Below, in pieces: positions 11,701-25,900 of a stretch of 64,000 nt of DNA. The notes under the pieces are model-generated. The model saw only the letters and a list, made by a program, of their open reading frames with translations, was not told the DNA's origin and ran no database searches. Positions within the stretch are counted from its first letter, which is position 1. Every line of letters starts with the position of its first letter. Made by a program: the position numbers and the translations under genes. The stretch is from Octopus sinensis (lineage: Eukaryota): positions 3,844,001-3,908,000 of the forward strand of contig NC_043009.1 of assembly GCF_006345805.1 (NCBI RefSeq), in the 5' to 3' direction.

Positions 11701-12051
11701 TGCCACAGAATTTCACAGACGCGTAATTGCATTTTTTGGGGCTTTTAGCTGTAATGAGCGAGGATAAAAAATTTATGTTCATATATCTACGTAATGGGAA
11801 TTTCAGGTGGTGTTCTTTACAAACAAGGCAGAAACTGGAATAATGCTAAGTGCACATGCTAAAACACAGCCTTGTTTCACATCATTTCCTACAGAAAATC
11901 ATATAAATATAAATACGTTAACTGTGCAAGAGAACACACTCAAAAGATGCTTGTTTATATAAGCAAATACATACATATGTGCACACTCATTTACACACAC
12001 GCAAACACCGACATACACACAAGCATACATATACATATATATATACAGGTG

Positions 12052-12097
12052 AGTACAGATAGATAGATATATAGATATATAGACAGAGATAGATAGG

Positions 12098-12145
<48 letters not shown>

Positions 12146-12186
12146 GATAGATAGATAAACAGATATATAAACAGATAAATAGACAC

Positions 12187-12241
<55 letters not shown>

Positions 12242-12242
12242 T
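12052..12242. repeat. (AGAT)n microsatellite
   Basis: Read directly from the sequence. Confidence 0.95.
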
Positions 12243-14329
12243 AGGCGTGTCTTTGTTCCTGTCACTTGAAGCATAAAGTATCCCGTATAGCGAATACGTT
12301 ATATGTAACGATTCGATGGAAGTCAAATTCTCTGAATAAGGACAGACTTAATCAGCTGTTTCCATCGAATAAATATATTCTACTACATACATTAACCATT
12401 GTAATCAATGTATTTTATCGCTGAAGGTCTTAAGCAAAATGATGCCGTAATGGAAAAACACTTAATGTTACACGGCCTTTAGTTAGGCGGGCTAATAATG
12501 ATAATTATGGCTCATATTTTTTAGAGAAAGGGGTAATCAATTTTATCGACCGCAATTCATGGACTGGTAGCTATTTTCTATTATCGACTCAAGAATTATG
12601 GAAAGCAAAAATCGACCTTAGTGTTATTTTAAATTCCCAGCATATAAAAGTTTCCCAATTCATTTGGCTATTCAGTCTCCTTCTCTGTCATATTTTCTTT
12701 ATGCAGTAAACCCAGGAATGATCAAGAAATGTATCGCCATTATATAAATGCACTTATTCTGATCACCGGAAATGTGAAAGGTGGGAACTGAACTCAGAAC
12801 TTAAAGAAACGTAACTAAATACTGAAAGGCATATATTTTGTCAGTCAATGCAGTTTCCGAAATCAATAATTGATTCTGTAGCTAGAGAAGTCCAGTCTCA
12901 AAAAATATTAATTAGTTCTATCATTGTAATGATTTTTAACATAGGCGGCACAAAGAGTCAATTTTGTGTGGAGAGTAAGAATTCAATCGATGCTATCGAC
13001 CTTAGTCTTTGACTAGTACTTATTTTATTGATCCAAAAGAATGATTTCGGTCAGATTTTAATTCAGAAGGTAAAAGTATGTTACAAAATATCGTATAGCA
13101 TTTTGAAAGTTGGCGAAACGATAACAAATGAAAGCGAAAATAATTGAAAAGGAAAAATCCATAAATATTCGTGTAAGTAATACATCAAATTATTGTTTGG
13201 TAGTCCATTTCGTTTTTGGCACTCGATAAATTATTATTTCTTACATAGGAAGTGGTTGAAATAGCATTATCACATTTCCGGGACATTTTATATGATGAGC
13301 TCAAAACACGCTGAGGTCAACTTCGCCATTAATTTCCCCGGAATCGATGAATTAAAATATAATTAAGTACTGGAGTGAATATAATACTGAACTCCTGCTA
13401 AATTTAAGGGCTTTTCTTTATATGAAAGTCAACTCATTCTTAAATAAGAATAATTGGAAGAAATCTTTGAAGCCTGTCGCGATTCCTACGTCTCATGAGA
13501 GCGGATTTTATCCCAATTTTTTCTAGCGTGTAAGTGACTTAGATTAAAATAATCCTTCATAAACGAAACTCTGATCCGTCGTATGTTTAACATCCCAGAT
13601 ATCATTACATTTCATTCGCAGCTGAGCGGACCTGAGAAACGTGAAATGAAGTGTTTTGTTGAAGAACATAACGCACCGTATGATCCGGGAAGCTCACTCA
13701 CCTTCATATATCACAAATCTGGTTTTATATTCCGGCATTTTATATCCTAATTTTAAATCCAGCAACAGACGACATTGCATTCCAGTCAACTGATATGGAT
13801 GAAAGAAAGGGTCAATGAAAAACTGGGATCGGTGTTATCGAATGCTCCCTTCTTGCCAAATTCAAGGGTTTTTGACTATGTGAAAATTGATTAACTCTTG
13901 TACAAAAGGTGGCGGATTCACAGAATTGATAGAGATTTCGACATTGTAATTCGGTTCTTCACGCTGTGAGTTCAAATCCGGCATGCATCAACTTTGTCTC
14001 CAATCCTACCGAGAGCGATATATAAAGTTCCTGTGAAGTTCTGCAATGGGTTTAATCACCACAACTCTGCCCCATAAAACTTCTGGCCTTGTGCTTATGA
14101 TAGAAATTATTCTGTCACATAAAAACAGAAGAGACAGTTGTATATAGAGATGTCAGTGCTTGACTGTTTTTTTTTTAATTATATCCACTCCAGGAGAATA
14201 TAAGTCAAGGGTGACCTCGTAGTGGTTTTGCAGTCTATAAATCATGCATGGCTAATGATAATATTATCGCTACAAAATTATATATACTTCTTCCTACTGT
14301 TGTTGTTGCTGATAATGCTTTTGTTGTTT

Positions 14330-14807
14330 AGCAACAGGTCGACTCGGTTGGGAAGATTTTTTTAATTAAATGGAATCCAGCTGTGACAATCCCGGAGAAT
14401 TGTTGACGTTATTTCGTCTGTCTTCGTGTTCTAAGTTCAAATTCCCCCGAGGTTAACTTTGCCTTTCATCCTCTCGGGGTTGATAAAATAAATAATTGCT
14501 GGGTGGTGGTGGTGGTGGTGGGGTTCGATGTAATCGATAATCCCCCTCACTGAAAATTTAGGCCTTGTGCCTATAGTAGAAAAGATTATTATTATTATTA
14601 TCATTATTATTATTATTATTATTATTATAGCGAGCAAGCATAATCGTTAACACTTCGAGCAAAATGCTTAGCGGCATTTCGTCCGTCTTCACGTTCTCAT
14701 TTCAAATTCTATTATGTCCAACTTTGCCCATCATCCTTTCGAGATCGATGTAATCGAATTACACCCGCCCCAGAATTGCTGGCTTTATGCCACAATTTGA
14801 AATTATC

Positions 14808-14844
<37 letters not shown>

Positions 14845-15060
14845 TAACTGTTATTATTAAAGCAGAATGTTGTTAGCACGCCGAGCGATATGCTTAGAGG
14901 CATTTCGTCCGTCTTTACGGTCTGAGTTCAAATTCGGCTGAGGTCGACTTTGCCTTTCATCCTTTCGGGGTCGATAAGTTAAATACCAGTGAAACATTTG
15001 CGTTGATGTAATCGATTATCCTCCTCCCCCAAAATTTCAAGCCTTATGCTTTTAGTAGAA
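14330..15060 (+). mobile_element. Cluster of three SINE family B fragments separated by ATT/AAT tracts
   Basis: Recurrent TTCAAATTC..GAGGTCGACTTTGCCTTTCATCCTTTCGGGGTCGATAA..GATGTAATCGA. Confidence 0.75.
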
Positions 15061-17164
15061 ATGATTATTATTATTATTAGTAGTAGTAGTAGTAGTAGTA
15101 GTAGTTCGAATGTATGGTCTTCGGTTTTTTATCATCCGTACGATTTTGATGAGTGCTACTAAATAGGTATTTCCATTAAGATGAGAACCAACGTAAAGAC
15201 TTCCTCGCTGACTCTGATACCAAAGTACATATAATTGCCGACAAGTCAGCCTTTAAATGGTCAGTCAGTATGCTAGCAGCCACATTTACTTGAAGTCACT
15301 TGTGTAAAAGGGGAAAAAAAGCGAGTGTACATTGTTTAATCTAAACCTATAACCACTAGATCTAAAAGAAGGAAAGAAACAACACCACGGCTGCAATGCT
15401 TTTAATCATAGTTCTACATCAGCAATGACAACATCCAACAAATCAACGATAACAACAGCAATGTACAATTATCACGCAGAACGCAGAACAAATCGCTGCC
15501 CCAATACAAAGCACAACAAACAACAAAAGCTATTTATTGAGGTCGTGTACTTTTTAATATGTTTTTTTCAATTTGCTTGATGCATAAAAACAATGGAGTG
15601 TGTACGATGCAAAATATAGCTGAGTAAGAAATAAGTAAACCATCGTTTGATACAAATAATTACATTCTAAATGCAGGGACTACATTTTTCCGCACTACAT
15701 GCATATTTTAAAGATAGGCACAAACTCCAATACGACAGTGAATTCATTAAAAAAAAAATTAAAATAATATATATACAGATCATGTCTTAAAATAAAATAA
15801 TGCTGATCTAGCTGTAAATTTTGATTCAACCAAACAATCTAATTTAAGGCAGACATTTAAATAAAAGCAAATGCCAAACGTAGAAATACTACTGTTAAAT
15901 GAAAAATAGATAAGGAAAATACAGAACATAAAAATCAGTCAAAATATAATCAACGAAAACCAAATAAATTTTAAAACTATGAAGAATATAGAATATACAA
16001 ATCAGGTATACAGTCTTAAACACAAACAAAACAAGCAAAAATAAATATGAAATCTGCAGGATAAACAAAATTCGAATATACCTACAGAATATTGACGGAC
16101 AAATGTTAAACTTGAATAACCCTTGACGAAAACACGAACACAATCAATTAGAGGAGTGATGTAAGGATGGAAATGTTGAAACTGATAAAATCTGAGGTTG
16201 TAAATAGTTAAAGAACGAAAATCGATAGGACATCTTTCTGTGGACTAACGAACGATTTTTCCCAGCGAATAAAAAACAGTAAGAATGAAATAAAATCTTG
16301 ATGTTTAAAAATGCAATAAACGCAAAAAAAAAAAAGGAAAATTGTTCAGGAAGCTGAAGAACAAGTGTATTACGAAGTTAAAGAAGCTGTATTAGTTATA
16401 CAGAAATGAGGTTAACCCATCGAAATTTGTTCAGTGGATGCGTGTAAATGCAAAACAAACAAATGTTTTAAATGATTTTTTTTCCAGCCTGAGCGGAGTT
16501 TAAGAATTTGGAAGGAAGTTGTAAATCGCTTAAATCGAACCCTCTACTTGACAGCTTATTATTCGAAGAGCAAATATATATATATATACATACACGCAAA
16601 GGTCAAAATTAGCAACGTCAGGATTCATACTCAGAATGTGAAATAATAAAACAAATAACACTGAGTATTCTGTCCAACGCTCTAACCATTCTGTTAATCT
16701 ATTGCAATGAACAGTAGGACGAATAAGGAAGATAAATGTAAGGAAAAGGTCTCACATTTATATACTACCGACTCCTGTACTTGACAGGTATTTTCTTTGA
16801 TCCAAAGTGGGTACATAAAATGCAACGGTGTCTTCAAAGTGATTTGAATACCGAGTATATAGAGAGATACCCATATAATGAAGAGCAATCACTCATCCGC
16901 TTTTAAGGTTCTGTCATCCACAGCTATAAAATTGATTTGTAATACTAACATAGGATCATAAATTGCATGGACAGTCAAAGGGAAAGTTAACCATATACAG
17001 TTTTAAGTCACAAGGAAAAACTCCGTAATTTATGCCCAAGATCAACGATTTAAGGAAAAGATATTAATCGATACCATCGCCCCTGGAATACTTTAAATAA
17101 ATTTTCCCTCGCTCTTAAAATAATATTTCTGATTTAGGCAAGTATATACACTTTTTTTATATAG

Positions 17165-17373
17165 TTGTTTCAGTCATTTGACTGTGGCCATGCTGGAGCA
17201 CCGCCTTTAGTCGATCGAGCAAATCGACCCCCGGACTTATTCTTTGTAAGCCTAGTATTTATTCTATCGACTCTTTTGCCGAACAGCTAAGTTACTGGGA
17301 CGTAAACACACCAGCATCGGTTGTCAAGCGATGTAGGGAGGACAAACACAGACGCACAAAAATATACACACTC

Positions 17374-17385
<12 letters not shown>
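17165..17385 (-). mobile_element. SINE family A, 3' half
   Basis: TGTTTCAGTCATTTGACTGTGGCCATGCTGGAGCACCGCCTTTAGTCG..GACAAACACAGAC. Confidence 0.85.
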
Positions 17386-17428
<43 letters not shown>

Positions 17429-17552
17429 CCGAAACTCAGTGTTTTATCATGGCAACCGAATAATTGTCACATATTACACTTACAGATAAATTCCTCTATT
17501 TACATAATATCGAGGTCTCTTTCATTCATTTGTTGTCTTACCATTTTTATCA
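17429..17552 (+). repeat. PLE-like terminal fragment between (TA)n tracts
   Basis: Starts at CCGAAAC; shares TTTACATAATATCGAGGTCTC with the region near 39945-39968. Confidence 0.35.
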
Positions 17553-17575
17553 ATATATATATATATATATATATA

Positions 17576-17630
<55 letters not shown>

Positions 17631-18154
17631 ATGAATAACCAAGTATTTTAGCAGATTTCAGTATGCCAAAGTATCAGCTGGCAGGTGACATTGAAATGGA
17701 CTTTCAGTTATTTTCCATTCACTAAACAAAGGAAATAAATATGATTATACGTAGAGCACAATAGCTTTTGTCATCGGTCACAGACGGTTGAACTTTTTGC
17801 AAGGTGCAAATCTAAGTAGGGTTTGCACATGCCCTAAGTCTCCTCTCTCCCTCTCTCTCTCTCTCTCTCTCCTCGTCATACATGTTGTCCGAGCCTAACA
17901 GCAGAGTGATTCCCCTCCCCGCCACTTTGACATTAGATTGATTGCAAGCGATACCGTGAAAGCTGGAAAGTCGAAACGACCGGTGCTCTACTGCTTACAA
18001 TATTTGAGTGACTTGACTCGTCTGGTGCTTTAACAGTAAAAATGGGATGAACAGCAAAGTTTTCTTTCGGGGGACTTGGAAATTCAGATTACTAAGATTT
18101 ATAACAATAACGCAAGGCTTTAAATCTGGTGCTCTATTTTTCCTGTTGATGTGC

Positions 18155-18205
<51 letters not shown>

Positions 18206-18516
18206 AGAGAGAGAGATATTGCATGAATGTATATATACAACTTACATATGAATATAGCTATAGACGTACACACGCAGATATATAAAAGATATACCCTAAG
18301 ACCTAAACCCTAATTACCACTCAATCCCACACAATCAAGAAAAGTTAAATTCAACAGAGACTTTATGACGATGGTTTAATTGGCCGAAACTTTGAAGTCA
18401 CTGTGGGTAATATTCTTGTTTAAGAATGATAAATCTGTACTCTACACAATTATAGAGAAACCCGAGTAATCCATCAAATTTATTTAAAATTATGTTTGAT
18501 AGAACTGAAAAAAATT

Positions 18517-18642
18517 GACACTCCGTCGGTTATGACAACGAGTTTTTGTTGATCCGATCAACGGAAGAGCCTGTTCGTGAAATTAACGTGCAAGTAGCTG
18601 AGCACGCCAGAGACACGTGTAACCGTAACGTAGTTCTCAGAG
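18517..18642 (-). mobile_element. 3' fragment of SINE family C
   Basis: Reverse complement of the 3' end (~38945-39068) of the full copy at 38692. Confidence 0.75.
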
Positions 18643-19481
18643 ATTCGTAACCATTTCAACATGACTGTTCATTCGAGCAGACTCTACTGCGATTTTTTTA
18701 ACCCCGAGGGGACATCTCTTCCAGCTGGCTAACGATGCTGAGCTGCATCCGATAATGTTGAAATGGCTACGAATGTTACTTTTTAGTACAACTACTGCGT
18801 TGATCTCTTACAGAGATTTTAGAACAAGCATTTTTGCTTGTTGCCAAGTCAGCGACTGTATGTTCGCTTGAAATGTAAATATTCCTAGCAAAAGTGAGCT
18901 ACTACCATCTCTAGAAGACGAGGGGACCCTGCCGCATGTGAATGTGAGCAACAATGGAAGGAAGTGATGAAAAAGGTGGTTGTTAGTTACCCAACTTAAT
19001 CATCGAGGAAAGGAAAAGCGGGCTGCTGGGCCTTAGAGGCCGCCGGGTTCATTTTTTTATGTTTCATTTTTTTTCAGTTTCATATTCTTTATTTCTTCTG
19101 TTTATGGTTTTTGTTATGGAAAAAAAGTTCTAGTGAAAAGTTTAAAAATTAATTATTTTATTAAATTTTATATAAGTAAATTTTTATTATAATCACTCGA
19201 ACTCATCCAACATTTTGTATTTGTCCGTCTTGTAATGTACCCATTCTATGTTTCGATCTGTAGTGATCTTAATAAAGATTTCATCTCTAGAAGACGAGGT
19301 GTCCAGCACTGAAGAGTGGCAGAAATAGCTGGAAACCAGGACTGGTCTGCTAGTCCCGTGGCTAGAATGTGGTAGGGGGTTCGCTCCCCTGCCCACAATT
19401 TATCAGATGCAGTTCCCGTTGGATTTGAAAAAATCGCAGTAGAGTCCGTTCGAACGAACAGCCATTTTGAAGTGGCTACGA

Positions 19482-19483
<2 letters not shown>
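18643..19483 (+). mobile_element. ORF-less element bounded by 56-bp inverted repeats, containing an HHR candidate
   Basis: 18643-18698 versus reverse complement of 19428-19483: 49/56 identical by hand; third partial copy 18755-18774; 18-bp direct repeat at 18906 and 19282. Confidence 0.55.
19303..19353 (+). ncRNA. Type I hammerhead ribozyme candidate with a full stem III, GUC triplet
   Basis: AGCA/TGCT stem I, CTGAAGA core, G, TGGC/GCTG stem II (two G-U pairs), GAAA, ACCAG-GA-CTGGT stem III, C17 at 19347. Confidence 0.6.
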
Positions 19484-19514
<31 letters not shown>

Positions 19515-19661
19515 ATATATATAGCGTATTAAAGTTTTACAAATTTCACTACCAGTGGCCTAGTATGCATAAAAAGTCAATAGACGACATATTCAATATG
19601 ATGTACACTATTATATATATATATGTACATACACACACACACATATATATATATATGTATG

Positions 19662-19747
<86 letters not shown>

Positions 19748-20649
19748 TCATATAGAGAAAAAGAGTAAGATATATTTTTGTATTAAATAACGACTCGGTT
19801 ACAACTCATAAATGCTTTTAAACTGACAAGTGACAGTTAAAGGGATGAATTATTTAACGATGACATCTCCCTGCAAAAGACATATGCGTTAGTTCGTGGT
19901 AACCTATTTTACACAGAAAGCATTTATTAAATATCTGACTCTAAATTTATACGTCCTGGGTGAGAGAGAATCGAAAATTAGTTTATGACTAATATTAGTT
20001 TCATGTTTTTAGGAAAGCAAGTAAAAGGGATCAAATCGACTGGTGTAGATGTGAATGATTTATATGTTATTTACATATATAGTTTCTTATATCTACCTCA
20101 ATAAATAAAAATAGGTATAAAAATCAAAAGGTTTGCCCAAATTTCAAAACAAATAATAAACGTCAAAATTGTTTGGGTGTGAAGGATCACAAAACATCCA
20201 CTTCTTTCCTTCCTTTTTTTCTCCTTTCTTTCTTACAATAGACCAATCCTTATTGACCGTTTGACCTCAATTTCTAGAAGCGAAACAAAGGAATCATATT
20301 ATACCGGTAATTCTAGTTATTAACAGATGACCTCACCTGAAAGAACGATTGATAGTCAAGCTAGATAAAAGCAAAAGAAAAGAAAAAACAGCGTTTGTTC
20401 TATTATAAATGGAATACGTTGAGAGATTTCGGCCCGCCTAACCACACGCTTTTTATTCTTTCATGGGTGAATAACACGCTTTTCTTTAAATCTTAGTATA
20501 CAAAGCGATAGGAGAACCCTGGATTAAGGGCCTACTTAATGAGTTCTTTTCATAATAATTTTTTTTAATATATAGTTTTTTTTCCTTGTTTTATGGTGAA
20601 AAGTTTATTAATAAGATTCGGTGACTTTAACGAAAAGTTTGATGGAGTT

Positions 20650-20950
<301 letters not shown>

Positions 20951-22197
20951 TGTACTGAATTTCCTGAAGAGTAAATTCTTCATTTATTAAAATGCAAACA
21001 GTCCTGTTGCCAGATGAATTAATATTTTTGTTCATAGAAAAATATTTTGGTAAATTCTTTACTGAGAAATATTTGTATAATGAGTAACAATAAGAAATTA
21101 AAATGGCTCAAGGGAAGCAACGTCTTGAATTTGCAACATCAGAAAATGTGACAATACCGATTGCCGTGCGCAATGAATTCTCAACTTCTAAAAATTTCCC
21201 TTTCGTTCCTAAGTTACGCATATAACAAAAACTGAAATACAATTATTAGCGACCTTCAAAGCGAAATGAAGATAATTTTCAGAAATTCAGAATACGTATG
21301 CTTTGGAAATTTATATGGCAAAGGAGTTGACGCTATGTTCATTTCCTGTGGTCAAAGAAAACTAAGGACAATGTATTATCGGCGTATTTGACTTCATGCG
21401 TTATTGTCAAGTATATATGCGTAAATCTTAGTCCGTTTTGCAATTCAAAGATCTCTTTTTTAAACTGCAGGTCACATCACACTGAGATTGTATGTGTCAA
21501 ATAGGCAGAAAAGTTACTCATATAACAGGAAAGCAGTTGGCTATTGGTTTAATCCATAGATATTTAGTAGTTTCAGGCAAATTTCTACTACATCACCTGC
21601 TACACCTCCGAATTGCTGGAGCGTCGTGGGTGTTATTTTCTGTTACAAACTCTTCCCGGTATTGTGTTGCGTCCGTTTTCTTTTCTCCTCGGATGTGGTG
21701 CGATCCCTTATTGCATTACTACTTGTATTTTGTGTTCAGCGTGTAGATACTTTATGACCTGGACAAAGTACCAAAAGCCCTGAGACCGATGATATTGACT
21801 AACGCTCTTCTCTCAAAATTGCTGGTCAGAAACCATTATAACGGAGGCTGAGAGGATGGTAGAATCATTAAGAATTAAATCCATGTCGATAATTTCTAAA
21901 TTTTCTTTTTCTTTCTTTTTCTTTTTTTAAACCTTACCGTGATTAATTTTGGTGTTTTAACACCTGGAATACTGTTTATTTCAGATCATGCACCTATGTT
22001 GGAAAAGATGTAAGGTTTCTGGCTATGTTGGTAGAAATCATGTCGTACTTGTATTTATTCCGTTCCTTTATATCCTTTATATTTATTTACATAGTTCAAG
22101 TTCGTCCTTCGAAATCAATTTTCCATCTTATCCTCTCGTGGATGAAAATATAAATTAGCACTCATGCACTCAGATCAATATAATTGACTAACACCCG

Positions 22198-22249
<52 letters not shown>

Positions 22250-22312
22250 CAAACAGGCTTAATTTAAAGAAAAAATATTATTGACCGTGGTGGACTTGCA
22301 GCATCGTTACAG

Positions 22313-22343
<31 letters not shown>

Positions 22344-22635
22344 GGAGGCACATGGCCTAGTGGTTAGAGCAGCGGACTCGTGGTCGAGGGATCGTGGGCT
22401 CGAATCTCAGACCGGGCGATGTGTGTGTTTATCAGCGAAACACTTAAGCTCCACGCGGCTCCGGCAGAAGGTAATAGCGAACTTCCGCTGACTCTTTCAC
22501 CAAAACTTTCACTCCTTCCTCCTGAATCTTGCAGCTCACCTGCGTCGGACCGGCGTCCCCTCCAGGTGGGGAACCTATACGCCAATGAAACCGGGAAACC
22601 GGCCTTTATGAGCCAGGCTTGGCTCGAGAAGGAAC
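22344..22635 (+). mobile_element. tRNA-derived SINE, family C' (head shared with 38692)
   Basis: A box TGGCCTAGTGG, B-box-like GCTCGAATCT; homologous to 25238-25540; inserted in (TA)n. Confidence 0.85.
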
Positions 22636-22678
22636 GTATAAATATATATATATATATATATATAATATATATATATAT

Positions 22679-22713
<35 letters not shown>

Positions 22714-22896
22714 CTTGCAGAATTTGTTCCGGTTCATCATGATTTGAGACAAAATTCGCTGAGATCAACTTTGCCGTCCTTTAAAAGTATAAGTTAAATA
22801 CTGTTTTGGATAGTATCGATTAACCCTTCTCTTCAAAATTGCTGATCATGCTCCTATAATAGTAACAGTTATTATTTTTATGAGTAGTTAATTGGC

Positions 22897-23460
22897 TATT
22901 TTGCCTGAAACATTTATGAAAGATCTTTTAAAACTGTAATCCATGAAGGTAACGTGCAAACCACCACACAATCAGCAAGTTCTTTAAACACATCTCTGTT
23001 GCTTTATCTTAACTCTTCCGATAGATTGAACTATAAGATATGTCGATCTTAACAACGATTTGTAATATGTGTTTAATTAGAAGGTAATATCAGAAATAGA
23101 TTTGTCGTTTTGTCATTAGTGGCGAAAGTTTTGGTCAAAAGCAGAGAATAACACTGACGGCAGCAGTAATAATTATTATTTGTATCATTTGTTAATCGTT
23201 TATTTTGGCTGAAACAGCTATGAAAGGGTTTTTAAATTGTAGTCCATCAAGGTAACAAACAAGCCACCGCGTAATTAACTCACTCTTTAAACACAACTTT
23301 GTTACCTTATCTTAACTGTTCCAATAAAGTAACCTATCAGATATGTCGGCCTTAACAACGATTTATAAAATGTGCTTAATTAGAAGGTAATAGCAGAAAC
23401 AGATTTGCCGTTTTGTTATTTGTCGAGAAAGTTTTGGTCAAAAGCGGAGAAAATAATAAG
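22897..23460. repeat. Old tandem duplication, ~303-bp unit, two copies
   Basis: Shared blocks TTAATTAGAAGGTAAT, CTTAACAACGATTT and GAAAGTTTTGGTCAAAAGC at ~303-bp offset. Confidence 0.8.
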
Positions 23461-24142
23461 TGTAAGATTAACACACTCAGTATCTGCACCAACAACATTG
23501 ATAGTAGAATAAGCAACACCAACGCCAATAATACACGGCGGAAATTCGAGATGCTTTCACATTCTACTATCACTCAATAATTCTTAGTGAATTAATTGTT
23601 AAGCAAATCAATGGAATCGAGAGATTTGCGCCTGAAGTCTTGAGAATACAAAGAATATTCTGGAAGCGTGCCAAAATTGCTTCCGTCTTAGCTGGAGAAT
23701 GTTTACTCAATATATTTTTAAGAAATAAATTAGTATGGCGAGTGACGGTGGTGCTGGGGAAGGCGCAGAGACGGAATCATTCAATGGTTTTTGTCATGAA
23801 GATATTACCTGATAAATAAAAGTAAAGATATGTAAATCGATAAGACCTCCAGTGATCTAATAGGATCCTCTAAGCTGTTAGGATATTTGTTAGCTGAACA
23901 AAGAACTCGGAAAAGGATCAATGATAGATTGATATTGCTTAGATTTCTGTATTCACTTTCTTTGAAAAGAAAGAATAGTATTTTGACAATCGGGTTAAGA
24001 CACATACAGAGTTTGCTAAGCATATGAATAGATAAAACGTTCCTTTTGACGTTCATGATTTCGGTATAAACTTTTCGTTAAATGTTTTATCATAATCGTG
24101 ATCATCACCATGATCAACATCATAATCAATACGATCACCATT

Positions 24143-24143
24143 A

Positions 24144-24195
<52 letters not shown>

Positions 24196-24230
24196 CATTA
24201 TTATCATTATTATTATTATCATTATTATTA

Positions 24231-24280
<50 letters not shown>

Positions 24281-24369
24281 TTATTATCATTCTTCTTCTT
24301 CTTCTTCTTCTTATTATTATTATTATTATTATCATTATTATTATTTATTGTAGTAGTGGTAGTAGTAGT

Positions 24370-24407
<38 letters not shown>
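24143..24407. repeat. Compound (ATT)n/(CTT)n/(AGT)n microsatellite
   Basis: Read directly from the sequence. Confidence 0.95.
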
Positions 24408-25237
24408 TCGTATTTCCAACAGTTTTATTCGAATGTCTACAGCACCATGAGTTGCTCTTCCGTTCTCTTCGGTATACGCTCTGTTCTGCTTTTGTTTTGC
24501 TTTACGTTTCTTGTTTTCCTTTTCGTCGTCGGAAGTGTAGAATTGTGTTTGTATGTTAAATCTATGTCGCTTTTGTTGTGAAATTTGTATTGCTGTTGCT
24601 TCAATTAATTTGTTGTTTCAAATCTTTGTTATATCCATGCACTTTCTGAGATGCGTTATTTTGTTGGACGTTATTACTTGTTAAGAGGTCGTTAGTTTAT
24701 TTGGTAATGCATTTAATTAAGATGGTTCTTTAATGAACGTCCTGCCAAGTAAATAATAATCTGCTGTGGTCTTTCTTCACAATTTTATTTTGACATCATT
24801 CAATAGATTTATGTATCTTATAAATGATTTAATTGGTTTAATCTTAAAATATTTGATTGAACTTATCTCACAACCAAATTTACAATTTATAAAAGATCAT
24901 TAACAATATATTCAAACCATTACACAAAACCCTTTCTGTGACACGCCATACCCTCTGACCTATGCAGTTCCCATTCCCGAAGTATGGTGCAAAGAAAGAT
25001 CTCATTCTACATCCGCCTCCCAGGATATCACTCCACGCTCAACGAACACTATTTTCTATACACTTTCTTAACCTCCTGTTTTTGTTAATGGCAGAAAATT
25101 ACGAGTCATTCTTCTAGCCACCGCATTCATCCTGCCGCACGTCATGGCATCTCGCTCTCTCTTTCTCTTTCACTCTTTCTTTCTCTATCTTTCTCTCTCT
25201 CTCACACACACACGCAAACACACACACCCTCTCATTC

Positions 25238-25540
25238 GGAGGCACATGCCCTAGTGGTTAGAGTAGTGGACTCGCGGTCGAGGGATCGCGGGTTCGAATC
25301 TCAGACCGGGCGATGTGTGTGTTTATGAGCAAAACACCTAAGCTCCACGCGGCTCCGGCAGAAGGTAATGTTGAACCTCTGCTGACTGTTTCGCCACAAC
25401 TTTCTCTCACTCTTTTCTCCTGCATCTTGCAGCTCACCAGCGACGGACCGGTGTGCCGTCCAGGTGGGGAACCTATACGCCAAGGAAACCGGGAAACCGA
25501 CCCTTATGAGCCAGTCATGGCTCGAGAAGGAACAAAGAAC
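25238..25540 (+). mobile_element. tRNA-derived SINE, family C'
   Basis: GGAGGCACATG..TAGTGGTTAGAG..GGTTCGAATCTC; homologous to 22344-22635. Confidence 0.85.
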
Positions 25541-25619
25541 TCCTTCTCACTCACAGACACACTCTCTCTCCTGCGACGTGCCTGAGATGCAAAATAACTC
25601 TACTCATGTCTCGTATCAC

Positions 25620-25900
25620 ATCCATCAATCTACTTTATCACTAGAAATCCTGGTTTCTTGCGAATTCTCGCTTATTCTACAGAATATACTGTCAGAGACT
25701 TCCACTGCAGGCAAGATCATTCCCTTGCTCGATATTGCTTCGCGCCCTTCGTCACATGAAAGGTCGCGCTTTTTCATCACTTCACATATGACAGCTACGA
25801 AACAATTCTTTCCCCCACACACTGCCACAACAGTACTCACGGCCATACGCTTACGCCAACCTTCAATGCTCCCTATTTTTAAATTGTCAAGCTGTACTTC
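25620..25900 (+). pseudogene. Possible 3' end relic of a CR1/Jockey-group LINE
   Basis: SRLFYRIY and QFFPPHTA resemble the LSLFYRYY..SFFPRT C-terminal motifs; heavily decayed. Confidence 0.3.

Noticed and set aside
18294-18313. CCCTAA-like hexamers
   Set aside because: Only two or three imperfect units; not a telomeric array
18906-19299. Split direct repeats suggesting a DIRS/Ngaro element
   Set aside because: No RT, RNase H or tyrosine-recombinase remnants; the HHR and inversion pattern fit a PLE derivative better
21103-21225. 40-aa ORF MAQGKQRLEF.. with a good start context
   Set aside because: Short, no recognisable homology, no convincing splice partner
22344-22415. tRNA gene calls for SINE heads (also 25238, 35145, 38692, 56720, 57261)
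   Set aside because: A and B boxes are present but acceptor and anticodon stems do not close, and each continues into a shared SINE body
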